Shown piece by piece: positions 13,462 to 27,133 of a DNA stretch of 64,000 nt. The translations under genes and the position numbers were made by a program. Source of the DNA: Octopus vulgaris (Eukaryota); the NCBI GenBank assembly GCA_951406725.2, contig OX597814.1, positions 123,814,001 through 123,878,000 on the forward strand, in the 5' to 3' direction. Under the pieces are notes generated by a model. It saw only the letters and a list, made by a program, of their open reading frames with translations, searched no databases and was not told the origin of the DNA. How positions within the stretch are numbered: the stretch's first letter is position 1; each line of letters opens with the position of its first letter.

Positions 13462-13948
13462 TTGAATAATGGATGGTAATGGAGATGGGCAGTGGTGGGA
13501 GACAATGATGGTTGTTGACAACAAATAGCTAGGAGGAGAGGGAGTGATGGCTGGCAGTTCAGAAAGGGTGATGGCAAAATATATTGGCTGCAAAAAAAGA
13601 TTTACTACTGTCCCTGACACATACACACACACGCGTGCGCGCGTGTGTGTGTGTGTGTGTGTGATGCATGTGTTTGAATGTCTGTGCACTTTATCTGAAG
13701 CAAAATGTTCTCTTTTGAATTTTGAGTTTACAACATTTTTGTGTAAATTAAATCAGTTTTGTTTTTATGTTAACTATTTAATATTTATTAAATACCTCTG
13801 TTAAGTGTTACTAAATTAACAAATCTAATTAATTACATCCTTGTCTGTAAGTAATTTACACAAGATAAATTAGTTGTGTTACCATTCCTCTTTAATGCCT
13901 ACAATTAAAGAAGTGCTGTAATTTCCCAGCCTCTGGAGAAAAGAAGAG

Positions 13949-13997
<49 letters not shown>

Positions 13998-15898
13998 GTA
14001 GTAGTAGTAGTAGTAGTAGTATTATTTCACAGCAGCATAGTATTGTTCTTAAAATGTTCTCACTCTTTTAGGAAATAAAAAAAAATCAGAAAGAAAAAAT
14101 AAACATATTTAATGAACAACTGAAAACCAAATGAATAACTAAATGCAAAAAAAAAAAAAAAAATACTATAAAATTAAAATGGTGCTCGGAAGTAAATACT
14201 TTATTAATTGTGATTGGACAACATTTTTCAGGTGTTTTGTGTAGTTTTGATCTTTTCACAGGAATTGTACCATAACAAATTACAGAGAATGACATTGGTT
14301 GCAACAAGCTTTTGTTTTCAGTATAACGCATAATTATAGTTCCAAGTTTTCTAGTGTCAGTGAAATGTAGTCTTTTGACAAGCTGTATACAATCTGAGCT
14401 ATTGTCAGACAAAATAAGTTTATTGTGAGCTGTAACCGTAGTTCTATATTCATGAGCCCAAGCCATATTGGAACCGGTGTTATGGTTTTGTGGTTGGCAA
14501 AGAACAGGAAACCATTAACAATAATTGTTGATGGATGACTCTAACAATGTTTTGAAAACCACAAATAATTTTTCCTTCTATTATTCTCCGTTAATTGATT
14601 CAGAAGTATGTCTGTGATTATACTGAAGTGTTTTGATGGTAACTTCTCAGCCTATATTCTTGGTTTGGACAACCAGGTTTTGACCTGTAGTCATTGAACC
14701 TGTCAATATTTTTGTGTAAACAATTATAGGTTTGTTGTCTCTTTTTGGAATGAGCTCTTTAGAGGAAGATGTAGATCACTGGTGCATTGAGTCAGAGAAC
14801 AAATTTCAAAACATGTTTTGAATAGCTAAGTTGAATAGCTAAGTTGCATGTAATTTTCAATTCTTAGAGAGTTGGAAACAAGTTGCTTGTGCAAGTGCTG
14901 CAAATTGAAAGCTTCACATACCAGGTACCAGGTGGTTTCAGGTGTCACCAGGAAACATCATCATCATCGTCGTTTAACGTCCACTTTCCATGCTAGCATG
15001 GGTTGGACGTTTTAACTGAGGACTGGCGAACCAGATGACTGCACCAGGCTCCAATCTTGATTTGGCAGAGTTTCTACAGCTTGATGCCCTTCCTAACGCC
15101 AACCACTCCAAGAGTGTAGTGGGTGGTTTTACGTGCCACCGGCATGAGGGCCAGTCAGGTGGTACTAGCAATGGTCACGGAAAATTGTGTTTTTTTTACG
15201 TGTCACCTGCACACTGGCACAAGTGCCAGTAAGGCAACGCTGGTAATGATCACGCTCGAGTGGAGCTTTTTACGTGCCACCGGCATGAACGCCAGTCAGC
15301 TGCTCTGGCAACAATCACATTCGGATGGTGCTCTTAGTGCTCCACTAGCACGGATGCCAGTCATCGAATTTGATTTTTATTCTGAAATGAACATCATTTT
15401 AGGGCCTTTCTCTTGATGGCTTTCCAGAACATTGGCAACCACCACCAACTGGATTGTCTGCCTAACATTTGATCTTAAGTCTGATGGTTCTGCTGGTCCT
15501 AAGACAAAGGACTTAAGATAATCAGAATCAGTCAAATTGTGGAGGTCTAACTTGTCTAACTGTAGGTCTAACTTGTCATATTAGAAAACAAGTAACAGTC
15601 TCACACCTACACAACACTTCTCTAACTGGGTTTTATCATGTCTTTTAGGCCATTTCCAATGGCTGGCTTTCTCATCTGTTGACTGTATTTCTTTCAAGAT
15701 TATGTTAGTCTGATGATCATTCACAACAACTTATAACAACCATTCTCTAAGACTGGTTTCAATAAATGTTGTATGTAATTTTCAATTCTTATTCCTTATT
15801 CAAATATCTCTCTCTTCAGGCCCACAGGCATATGGCATAGTGGTTAAGAGCACGGGCTACTAACCCCAAGATTGTGAGTTTGATTCCAGGCAGTGACC

Positions 15899-15954
<56 letters not shown>

Positions 15955-15958
<4 letters not shown>

Positions 15959-16105
15959 TTGAAAAATACTTTAGGAATGAGAACCCAGGTTCGAAATTTC
16001 CCCAAGACACCTGATGAAGGCAGGAGGGTATATCAGTTGAAATGTGTTAACAACAAACAAGATGAGGACAAATATCCATCAAATGTAAATAATGTAAATA
16101 ATGTA
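15955..16105 (+). mobile_element. Solo Penelope pLTR with a degenerate HHR (16006-16048)
   Basis: GACAC-CTGATGA-A-GGCAG..CAGTT-GAAA-TGTGTT; preceded by (AAT)n and a tRNA-like SINE head at 15820-15898. Confidence 0.55.
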
Positions 16106-16321
16106 TCTCTCTCTCTCTCTCTGACACTCCATCGGCTACAATGATGACTATTGCAGTTGATCCAACCAGCAGAACAGCCTGTTCATGAAATTAACATCCA
16201 AGTGGCTGAGCACTCCACAGACAGACATACCCTTAGCATAGTTCTCAGAAAGATTCAGCATGATACAGAATGTGACAAGGTTGGCCTTTTGAATTACAGG
16301 TATTACAGGAATTTTTACTGT

Positions 16322-16650
16322 GAAAGCTCATAGTTTGGTGGTTAGAGCGTTGGACTCACAATCACGAGGTAGTGAGTTCAATTCCTGAACCGGGCTGTGT
16401 GTTGTGTTCTTGAGCAAGACACTTTATTTCATGTTACTCCAATTCACTTAGCTATAGAAATGAGTTGCAACGTCATTGGTGCCAAGATGTATCAACCTTT
16501 ACCATTCCCTTGGATAACATCGGTGGCATGGAAAGACCGGTATGCATGGGTGACTACCGGTCTTGCATAAACAACCTTGCCCAGACTTGTACCTCAGAGA
16601 ACTTTCTAGGTGCAATCCAATGGCCATTTATGACTGAAGTGGGGTCTTTA
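16322..16650 (+). mobile_element. tRNA-derived SINE family C
   Basis: A/B-box head, TGTTGTGTTCTTGAGCAAGACACTT core, CCCTTGGATAACATCGGTG body. Copies at 49590-49930(+), 26960-27125(-), 61505-61716(+). Confidence 0.8.
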
Positions 16651-17500
16651 ATCTTTACTCCTTTTTGCCAGCTGAGTGCACTGGAGCAATCATCATCATC
16701 GTTTAATATCCGTTTTCCATGCTAGTATGGGTTGGACGGTTCGACTGGGGTCTGAGAATCCAGGAGGCTGCACCAGGCTCCAGTCTGATCTGGCAGTGTT
16801 TCTACAGATGGATGCCCTTCCTAATGCCAACCACTCTGTGAGTGCAGTGGGAGGTTTTTACGTGCTTTCGGCACAGGGGCCAGAGGAGACTGGCAACAGC
16901 CACGATTGGTTGGTGCTTTTTACGTGCCACCGGCACGGGCCAATGTGAAGTAAAATGTCTTGCTCAAAGTCACAATGTGCTGCAAGGAATCAAACATATG
17001 ATCTTATGATCATGAGCTGAAAACCCTAACCTCAAAGCCATGTACCCTCAGTATCCATAAATATATTACCCCTTGATGGATACAAATGATCAGAAAATAT
17101 ATAGCTGAAGCAGCTGACTGCATCACATTTAGCAAATGGGACAGAACAAATGATTATGGTTATATATTTTTTTCCACTTCATCATTAGTAAAATTGGTTG
17201 GGGAAAAATTATCATTTTAAAGACAAACTAGAAAAAATACACACAAAATATGTTAATTTTTCTTTCAGTTCATCATAAAATAGACAGAATAAACTTAAAA
17301 ATTGTTTCTCACATCAGATAATTTTGATTCTGTTTCTAATAAGTCGTTTCAGTTTTATACGTACATAAAATAATTCACTCTCCTTCAATGCTCTCTCCCT
17401 CTCTTTATATATGTACATATATATAGACCTATATACATGTACATATATACCTATATATATGTATATATATATAGATATATATATATGTATATATATATAG

Positions 17501-17531
<31 letters not shown>

Positions 17532-19131
17532 TAAATATATATACATATATAAATATATATACATATATATACATACACACACATACATATATAACTATAT
17601 ATATATGTTTATGTGTATATACATATATATATATATATAAATATATAAATATATATACATATATACATACATTTATAGACCTATATATATGTGTGTATAT
17701 ATATATATATGTATATATGCAGACATACATACATATACATGCAAATAAACATGAGTGTGTGTGTAGGTCTATTTATGTGTGTGTGTATATATATATATAC
17801 ACACACACACATAAATAGACCTACACACACACACACACTCATATGTTTATTTGCATGTATATGTATGTATGTCTGCATATATACATCTGCATAGAGAAAC
17901 ACAGATATATATATTCACATGTTTAAGTGTTTGTGTGTGCATGTGTGTGAGTGTGTGTGTGTATGTGTGCATGTGTGTGTGTGTGTATGTGTGCATGTGT
18001 GTGAGTGTGTGTGTGCATGTACTTGTGTATATAGCCTACCAATCTATGTATATTGATTTTGAAATGTGTGTTAGAGGTGGCAACATACTGAGGTGGTGAC
18101 TGTGAAATGCGTTCTGGACAATTTAGTCCTCAATATATACAAAAAGGTAGGGTGGTCTTGGCTGGAATGCCTTTGAACACAGATCTGCTCAATTGGAGCT
18201 GACCTGCAGCTAAACATCAAGAACAACACACCACCACCACCACCACCACCACCACCACCACCACCACCACCACCACCACCACCACCACCACCACCACCAC
18301 CACCACCACCACCACCACCACCACCACCACCACCACCACTTCCACTTCCACCGCCGCCGCCGCCGCCGCCGCCACCACCACCACCACCACCACCACCATC
18401 GCCACCACCACCACCACTACAACTAGAAACAGAAAAGGCAGCAGTAACTCTAATAATCTTACAGTTAAAGGTTGATTAATGTCTGTATTAAAACGGTAAA
18501 AATTCCGTTTATTAAATCGTTCACTTAATCTTCCATTGCAGTGTTATTGATGCCAAACTGTTTGTCTGTCATGCTGTAGTCAAAGAGGGACATTAATGTT
18601 GTTTTCAAAGACAACTTTCAAATATGTTAATAATATGTAATGATCTTTCTAACAGACTGAGCCTTCCGTTGTGTTCGTTATATATTGATTGGTATGATTA
18701 TGTGACTTACTCTTTACTCTTTTACTCTTTTACTTGTTTCGGTCATTTGACTGCGGCCATGCTGGAGCACCACCTTTAGTCGAGCAAATCGACCCCGGGA
18801 CTTATTCTTTGTAAGCTTAGTACTTATTCTATCGGTCTCTTTACCGAACCGTTAAGTTACGGAGACGCAAACACACCAGTATCGGTTGTCAAGTGATGTT
18901 GGGGAGACAAACACAGACACACAAACACACACACACACACGCACATATATACAACAGGCTTCTTTCAGTTTCCGTCTACCAAATCCACTCACAAGGCTTT
19001 GGTCGGCTTGAGGCTATAGTAGAAGACACTTGCCCAAGGTGCCATGTGAACCCGGAACCATGTGGTTGGTAAGCAAGCTACTTACCACACAGCCACTCCT
19101 GTGACTTGATGAATATTTTGATTGAAACACT

Positions 19132-19430
19132 AATGTGACTGGAACAGTTTTGTGATTTACACAGTATTATGACTGAAATGGTATTGTAACGAGAAGGAAA
19201 CTGTGGTTGGCACAGTATTGTGAGTGGAACAATATTGTAACTGGAAAAGTATTGTGACTGGAAAAGTATTGTGACTGGAACAGTATGGTAACTGGGAAGT
19301 ATTGTGACTGAAGCAGTATTGTGATAGGAGCAATATTGTGACAGGCATAATATATTTGTTTAAACAATAATGTGACCGGAACGAAAGTTGTCACTGGAGA
19401 AATGCTGTAACTTGGTCAATGTTGTGACAA
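19132..19430. repeat. Degenerate minisatellite, about 19-20 bp unit (CAGTATTGTGACTGGAAM)
   Basis: About 14 imperfect tandem units visible. Confidence 0.8.
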
Positions 19431-20335
19431 CCCAATAGTTTAGCATTGGAAATCAACCAATGCTAAAAGCTATAGAAAATTCCATAAAATAGGAAGAATC
19501 CCAAACTAAAATTCCTTAAAGAGAATATTCTATAAACTGGAGCTTCAGCATTTTTCATGAGTGAAATGGCATATTAAAATCAATGTTATATCAAAGAAGC
19601 AACTGTAACAAAAACAGTTTTGCGACTGCTGCAGCTGTTGCTGCTGCTGCTGCCAATATGACTGAGGAAATGGTCAGAGATACTATATCAGCAATAAAAC
19701 TAAATAAAGCCATGATATTTCTCTGCATCACTTGACCACAGAGAACGATGATATGTTTCCCTAAAGAATTCTAATAGCAAGGCGCCATAAAAATGGCTTG
19801 ATCTGGTTATCCAAGTAATTCTTGCCATATGATTCCTTCCCCACCACACCTGCTGCTATTTGGACATAAACAGCGCTGTCATCATCGATTATCAGGCATT
19901 TTCTTTTGACAAATTCATTGGAACAACTACAAGGCTTCCCTCTCACTGTCTTTTATAACCATTTCTGGCTTGGCACTCGGCTGAAAGTTGGCAGGTTCCA
20001 AACTGTTGGCATATCTTGTTGGTTGAGTTAATTTCATAATTAACGGAGTCAGTTGGTGGCTTGAGATAGAACTTCTTTACTGTTCTTCCTTCCCCAGTAG
20101 AAAACGGTATTCTTTCTTCCATCTCTTATTCAAAATATTAAACTTCCATCCATGTTGTTGTGTGATGGTGGAGTATAATAACGATGTGGCTGATAGTATA
20201 GGGTGGTATTGGTAGTGTAGTGGTGCTGTTCATGTTGTAGTGTGGTTGAAGTAGTTGTACAATGTCTTAGTGGTTGTATAGTGTGATAGTGTTGTGTTAC
20301 ATGGATGTTGTAGTAGACTGGTATTAGTGGTGCTA

Positions 20336-20570
20336 CAAGGTGGCGAGCTGGCAGAAACATTAGCACGCTGGGTGAAATGCTTAGCGGTATTTCATCTGCC
20401 GCTACGTTCTGAGTTCAAATTCCGCCAAGGTCGACTTTGCCTTTCATCCTTTCGGGGTCGATTAAATAAGTACCAGTTACGCACTGGGGGTCGGTATAAC
20501 CGACTTACTCCATGTGCCTGTCCTTGTTTGCCCTCTCTGTGTTTAGCCCCTTGTGGGTAGTAAAGAAATA
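20336..20570 (+). mobile_element. SINE family B, full length, 16-bp TSD
   Basis: GGTATTAGTGGTGCTA at 20320-20335 and 20571-20586. Other copies at 20978-21195 and 39963-40160. Confidence 0.85.
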
Positions 20571-21699
20571 GGTATTAGTGGTGCTAATGTGGTGTTTGTA
20601 GCACAGTATGGTGACAGAGGTGAAGTATGGTGGTGGAGATGTACAGGCATGGTGGTGTAGTATGATCAGCCTCAATCAAGTAGACATGCAATTGAAAGCT
20701 TTCCAACTATGACCACCCTGTCTTTTCTAAGATTCATGGAAATGCTTACTAATGCATCCTTTTCTCAAATGGCTGGGAGTGATTTGAAGGAGATTTGACT
20801 GATATTTCTACCATCAGCTAGGGTGTTGTGGTGATGTTGTGGCAGGAGTATACTATGTGTTGTAGTAGTATAGTGTAGTCACAGTCTTCTTGTATAGTGT
20901 TACAAGTGTAAGCACGGTCTGGTAGTTGGTTTGTAGTTGATGTTAGCATTGACTATGATGTTATGGTATGACAGTAAAGGCGGCGAGCTGACTGAGTCAT
21001 TAGCATGTTGGACAAAATGCTTAGCTGTATTTTATCCATCTTCATAATCTGAGTTCGAATTCTGCTAAGATCAGCTTTGCCTTTTCATCCTTTTGGGGTC
21101 AATGAAATAAGTAGCAGTTGAATACTGGAGTTGATGTAATTGACTATCCCCATTCCCACCAAATTTCAGGCCTTGTAACTATAGTAGAAAGGATATGGTG
21201 TGATAGTGTTATTGCTTATGGGTCCTCCTCCCCTCCCCTCCCCTCCCCCTCCTCCTCCTGCTGCTGCTGCCAGTAAAGCGACACTGATAACGATCATGCT
21301 CGAATGATATAGCATAATCGTTATAGTGGTGGGATCATCCTGTCCATCATTCACGACCATGTTACCCAATGTGTCCTTCTCTTTTAAGACAGCCAGTTTG
21401 TGTGTTGGCTATATTTCTAGCAGGCTGAGACATCCTTTGATGGTTCATGGTAGTCTTGTGGTTTAATTGCACTGTAATGATGATATTTTAACGTTGATGC
21501 TGATGATATTTTTGTAGCTGTCAGCTGGTTAGAACAGTGGTTACTAAGCAGCATTCCACTACAAACTGGTGTGGTGCATAATATAGGTTAGTACACTGGC
21601 GACAATAGTGGATGATTATCTTCTGCTAGTGACATAAACATGAGTGCTTATATGCACCATAAGTCCATATGAGAAGTTCTCCCATGGTAAATCCCATGA

Positions 21700-22612
21700 T
21701 AGATCTTTATTGCAATCAGACCTGGACCCAAGCAGCAGTGGATCATGGACTGGCAACTCAAGCTGGCTGTGGACAAATGTACCACTATGCATTTTGGGAG
21801 GAAAAACCCAGTGTCTACTTACTCCCTCCACAACACTAATCTCAAAAAGTCTTCTTGTGAACGTGACCTGGGCATTATTGTCGACAGCGATTTGTGTTGG
21901 ACAAAACACATTGCTAAAATTGCCAAGAAGGCTGATGGTGTCTTGGCATCACTTACCAAGTCCTTTGTGAGCAGCTCTCCGGCTATCTATCTGAAGCTTT
22001 ATATAGCTATGGTGTGACCTCACCTGGAATTTGCATCACCGGTCTGGAACCCCTATCTTGCCTAAGATATTAATCGTCTGGAAACCATTCAGTGATGTGC
22101 AACCAAGAGAATACCCTCCATCAGGCATTTGCCATATTCTGAATGCCTTACTTCCCTGGGCATGGATACATTGAAACTCTGACGTCTGGCAGCTGACTTG
22201 GCAGACACCCATAAAATTATTAACCATCTTACTAACAATAACTCTGAGCACCTTTTCAAACTCCACCCGTCTAACACCCGTAGACATGCTTACAAAGTCA
22301 GAAAACAGCACAGCTCCCATGACTTTTGGGAACATTTTTTCATGCTAAGAGTTGCTGAAGTATGGAACAAAGTGCCGGCATCAGTTGTTAGTTGTCGGAG
22401 CACTGCATCCTTCAAAACTTCCATGCTTCCTGAGATTCGCCAACACTACACCTGATTTTCTCCCCTCCATACACATGCAAACATATATCTGTCTCATACA
22501 CTGTTCACTTTCCAGACATTTGTACTTTACTGCATATGCTTTATATGCACTTTTGACAAGTTGTGGTGCACTTGAGCTCTGTATACAATTTCATTATTAT
22601 TATTATTTTATT
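21700..22612 (+). mobile_element. CR1-like LINE 3' fragment
   Basis: WQLKLAVDKCTTMHFG, CERDLGIIVDSDL, LKLYIAMV*PHLEFASPVWNPY; ends in an (ATT)n tail. Confidence 0.88.
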
Positions 22613-23235
22613 TAAATAATGCAGTATTTTGTGTTCTAGCTATTAAGTGAGAATAAAATTATATTTAAAAGATATGAAAAACACAAACTGAAGTCCTAAA
22701 TATAGCCTTGATAAGTATATTACATTTATTTGAACTTGGAAATACTTAATCATTTCTGTTTAAATTTTTTAAAAACTTAAAATATATGCAATACCATTTT
22801 TGATACATTTTTAGACTCTATGTATTAAGTGTGACAACAATGAGTAAATATTTCTGTCTTTCTTCAAATAAACATAACACAATTATCAAGACTATATTTA
22901 GAACTTCAGTGTGTAGTTTCCATATTTCTAAATATAATTTTATTATTTTTGCTGTGCATCACTTTATATCTTACAGCACACAAGTGTGTTATGGAGAACA
23001 CTTTGGTAACCACAATTCTAACTATCTCATCTATTCAATCTCGCTATCTGACCACTTTTAAACAATGTTACATGATACGACTAATGACTTTAATTAGTTT
23101 TCGTATATAAACATCTTCCTCCTTGTATCACTAAACTGATAATCAACCCCTAGTGACTTCCTCGTCAATCCCTCACCATTGTGATCATACTGGGCAGTTC
23201 TCAGGCAGTATATGTATATATATGTTATATATATG

Positions 23236-23279
<44 letters not shown>

Positions 23280-23289
23280 TATATATAGG

Positions 23290-23632
23290 TAGTGGGGGCT
23301 CCAAAAGGGGTCTCAGTGAGTTGCGTCCCTACCTTCCTGAGCTAGTTTTCCACCATATTTTTTAAAAATCGTGGTAGAGGCCTTGGTCTCAGGACCACTC
23401 ATGTCTAGAAACTGAGGTTGGGGGTAAACAAGGGTATGCTCCCTGTAGAAAATCCAGCTCCAAAAGAGCCTCATGATAGCAAAGGAGAATGGGCACCAGC
23501 CAACCCAAAAGTTGGGGTGGGCTGCACCAGCTTATCTCGGTTGCTATGGTATTGAGGTAGATCTAGACACTCCTGTTAATGGGGACAAAACTCAGATTTA
23601 AAACACTGGATGAGGATGATGATGATGATGAT
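23290..23632 (+). mobile_element. Non-coding short repeat sharing the RTE 3' tail seen at 859-940
   Basis: GCTATGGYATTGAGGTAGATCT...GATTTAAAAYACTGGAT-(GAT)n shared between the two. Confidence 0.55.
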
Positions 23633-24084
23633 ACATGTAAAGTGCATCACTTAAACCTATTGCTGCCAGACTGGGAGTGAGGATGATGATAGGGTCTATG
23701 CTGGTTTGAAACCATAATAGTTCACTTACTAATTATATGGGTATGGCTTAGGTCATTCCTAAGCCTATTGAATGTGTTGTCATTTGACCCTCTTGATGTT
23801 GCCAAACCATCATCTCCACGTAGGTTTTAAAGGTAAGGTTTTCTCATCCCACCTATATGGAGGAAGGTATGTACTTGAATGCTGGCAGACTGTACTGTGT
23901 GTGTTCATTAGACGCAGGTAATGATCATGCTCGAATGGTGTTTTTTACGTGCCATCGGCACGGAGGCCAGCTTGTTGCTCTGGCAACGATCTTGCTCGTA
24001 TGGTACTCTTAGTGGTCCACTAGCACAGATGCCAGTCATCGAATTTGATTTCGATATATATATATATATATACACATACATTTT

Positions 24085-24198
24085 AATTTTCTGTAATGAG
24101 ATAAAAAACTAAGGCCGTGTAGATTTTAGAACATTTATAAACAGGTCTTATGTTCTAAAATCTACACTGTGTTGGTTTTTTTATCTCATTACGGAAAA
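24085..24198. repeat. Inverted repeat with about 48-bp arms
   Basis: TTTTCTGTAATGAGATAAAAAA..GTGTAGATTTTAGAACAT / ATGTTCTAAAATCTACAC..TTTTTTATCTCATTACGGAAAA. Confidence 0.85.
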
Positions 24199-24860
24199 AA
24201 AAAAAAATTATAAACACACACTGATATATGACCTATATTGGACCCCTTCCTCGCATAATCACTGAACCTGGAACTCAACTATGGTCTATCCATAGCACTT
24301 ATTCAGTATTATCTGAAACCTTTGGTCGTCACTGACACCATTACCTCTCATAACCTATATATATATATATATATCATCATCATCATCATCATCATCGTTT
24401 AGCGTCCGTTTTCCATGCTAGCATGGGTTGGACGGTTCAACTGGGGTCTGTGAAGCCGGAAGGCTTCATCAGGCCTAGTCAGATCTGGCAGTGTTTCTAC
24501 AGCTGGATGCCCTTCCTAACGCCAACCACTCCGTGAGTGTAGTGGGTGCTTTTTATGTGCCACCCGCACAGGTGCCAGACAGAGCTGGCAAACGGCCACG
24601 AACGGATGGTGCTTTTTACGTGCCACCGGCACGAGGCCAGTTGGGGCGGCGCTGGCAACGGTCACGAACAGATGGTTCTCTTACATTCCACCGGCACTGG
24701 TAACACATCTGCAATTTCCATTGATCGATTTCGATTCTGATCCTCACTTGCCTCAACAGGTCTTCACAAGTAGAGTTTTGTGTCCCAAGAAGGGAAGGTA
24801 TGCATACGTAGGCTGACTCCATCCCATGTAGAAGGCCATATATATATATATATATATATG

Positions 24861-25136
24861 CAGCAAAATTAAGGAACGGCCATAATAGGCCGTTCAACCC
24901 ACTAGAAATAGCAGCCAAGGCTTCAACCGCAAAACAATATTAATTCCGTAAACCAGGAGAAAATTTAAAAATTTAAAAAAATGTTAAAAATTTAAAAAAA
25001 TAAAAAAAATTACAGGGTAAATGTTTTTTAAAATTTTCTCCTGGTTTACGGAATTAATATTGTTTTGCGGTTGAAGCCTTGGCTGCTATTTCTAGTGGGT
25101 TGAACGGCCTATTATGGCCGTTCCTTAATTTTGCTG
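24861..25136. repeat. Near-perfect inverted repeat, about 105-bp arms, AT-rich spacer
   Basis: CAGCAAAATTAAGGAACGGCC...CCAGGAGAAAATTT is the reverse complement of AAATTTTCTCCTGG...GGCCGTTCCTTAATTTTGCTG. Confidence 0.92.
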
Positions 25137-25602
25137 TTGAATTTATTAATAGTCTCTGACTATTTATTTTTTTCCCACTAGGCCGCTGGTGGCAAATAAT
25201 TTCTGCTGAATTTTTTTGCCACCCTATATTGATTAATTATATATATATATGTATATACATATATATGCATATATATACATTTATATATATGTGTGTGTGT
25301 GTGTATATATACACATACATATATGTGCATGCATGTATACATGTATTAATATATATATGTATGTATATTTATACATATATATATGTATATACACGAGAAA
25401 GAAGCAACAAGAATGGATTGGTTTTTAGTACAATTGTTTCATACAAAGACAAGCTTTATTACAAGTTGCAAAAATTGCAGCAGATAAAAGCGTCCCGTAC
25501 TCATTAGCTAAAATACATTTGAGTTCTCTAGACATCTTAGTGGGTGAGGTTATACTCATGAGATATTGGAGATAGTTCCAGAAAGTTATATATGTATATA
25601 TG

Positions 25603-25644
<42 letters not shown>

Positions 25645-25683
25645 ATTTGAGAAATATATGTATATATATGTATATACATACAT

Positions 25684-25714
<31 letters not shown>

Positions 25715-26414
25715 GCACACATGCACATATATGTAGGGTGTTCCTATTCATTTGCACAAGGAAAAAATTTCAAATGAAATATGAAATAACTCTGTGCTCT
25801 GATGTCGGTAGGTATGTACGATTTTTATTTAATTATGCTGACAATTGAACAAATTGTTTCATTACTCAAGGGAACTTTTTCAAAGTAAGCTTTGCAAGCA
25901 TTAGTTGAGAAAGGACCTTTGAGGAATGAAACAATTTGTACAGTTGTCAGCATCATTAAATAAAAATTATATCATCAACATCATCATCATCATCATTATT
26001 GTTTTAATGTCCACTTTTCCATTTTTTTATGGTTCAGGTAGAATTTGTTGAGACAGATGTTCTATGACCTGATGCCCTTTCTGTTGCCATCTCTCACATC
26101 TCACAAGTTAACGAGTAAGGTAATATCTCCCCTTGGCCAGACATGTTTTCATGATAGAGTGGAAATGAAGGATACTGCATGTATGATGGTGTTGCTTGTT
26201 TACAACTGTCATACAAGACCAAAACAAGGAAATGCACACTCGCACGCACGGGTACACACACACATGCACACACACACCATTCTCTCACACAGCAGGCTTC
26301 TATCAAATCCACTTACGAGCTTTGTTTGGCCTTGGGCTATAGGAGAAGACATTTGTCCAAGGAGAATAAACAAAAGTAGCATGGTTGAAAACTTCTTACC
26401 CATGTGGCCATGTC

Positions 26415-26478
<64 letters not shown>

Positions 26479-27133
26479 CATAAGTGCAGGCGTGGCAGTG
26501 TCATAAGAAGCTTGCTTCCCAATCACATGGTTATGGGTTCAGTCCCACTGTATGGAACTTTGGGCAAGTGCCTGCCTTCTCCTATAACCTCAGGCCACTG
26601 ACCAAAGCCTTGTGAGTGGATCTGGTGGAAACTGAAAGAAGCCTGTCGTATGTATATATATATGTATATATCAATGCGCATGTGTGTGTCTTTGTGTTTG
26701 TGTTTATTCCCCATCATTGCTTGACAAACAGTGTTGGTGTGTTTTTGTTCCTGTAACTTAGTGGTTTGGCAAAAGAGACCGATAGAATAAGTACTAGGGC
26801 TGAAAAAATAAGCTGGGTGATCGATTTCTTTGACTAAAGACCCTTCAAGGCGGTGCTCCAGCATGGCCACAGTCAAATAACTGAAACAAGTAAAAGAATA
26901 AAAGAATACACATGCACACATCTATCTATCAATCTCTATACATATACATATATATATTATGAGACCCCCTTCGGTCACGACACAGACCATGGGATTGCAC
27001 CTGGAAAGTTGCCCTGCCAGGCACAAGTCTGGGTAAGGTTGTTTATGGAAGACCAGCAGTCGCCCATGCATACCAGCCTCCCCTCTCAACACCACCAGTG
27101 TTATCCAAGGAAAAGGCAACGGCCGATATATAT

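Noticed and set aside
14086-14950. 126-aa minus-strand ORF and adjacent complex sequence
   Set aside because: No recognisable motif or splice structure; probably an old decayed element.
15820-15898. tRNA gene
   Set aside because: A/B boxes are present but the stems are degenerate; better explained as a SINE head. The same applies to the other tRNA-like heads.
19640-20150. Coding-like block
   Set aside because: Stops in all frames; cannot be assigned to any family.
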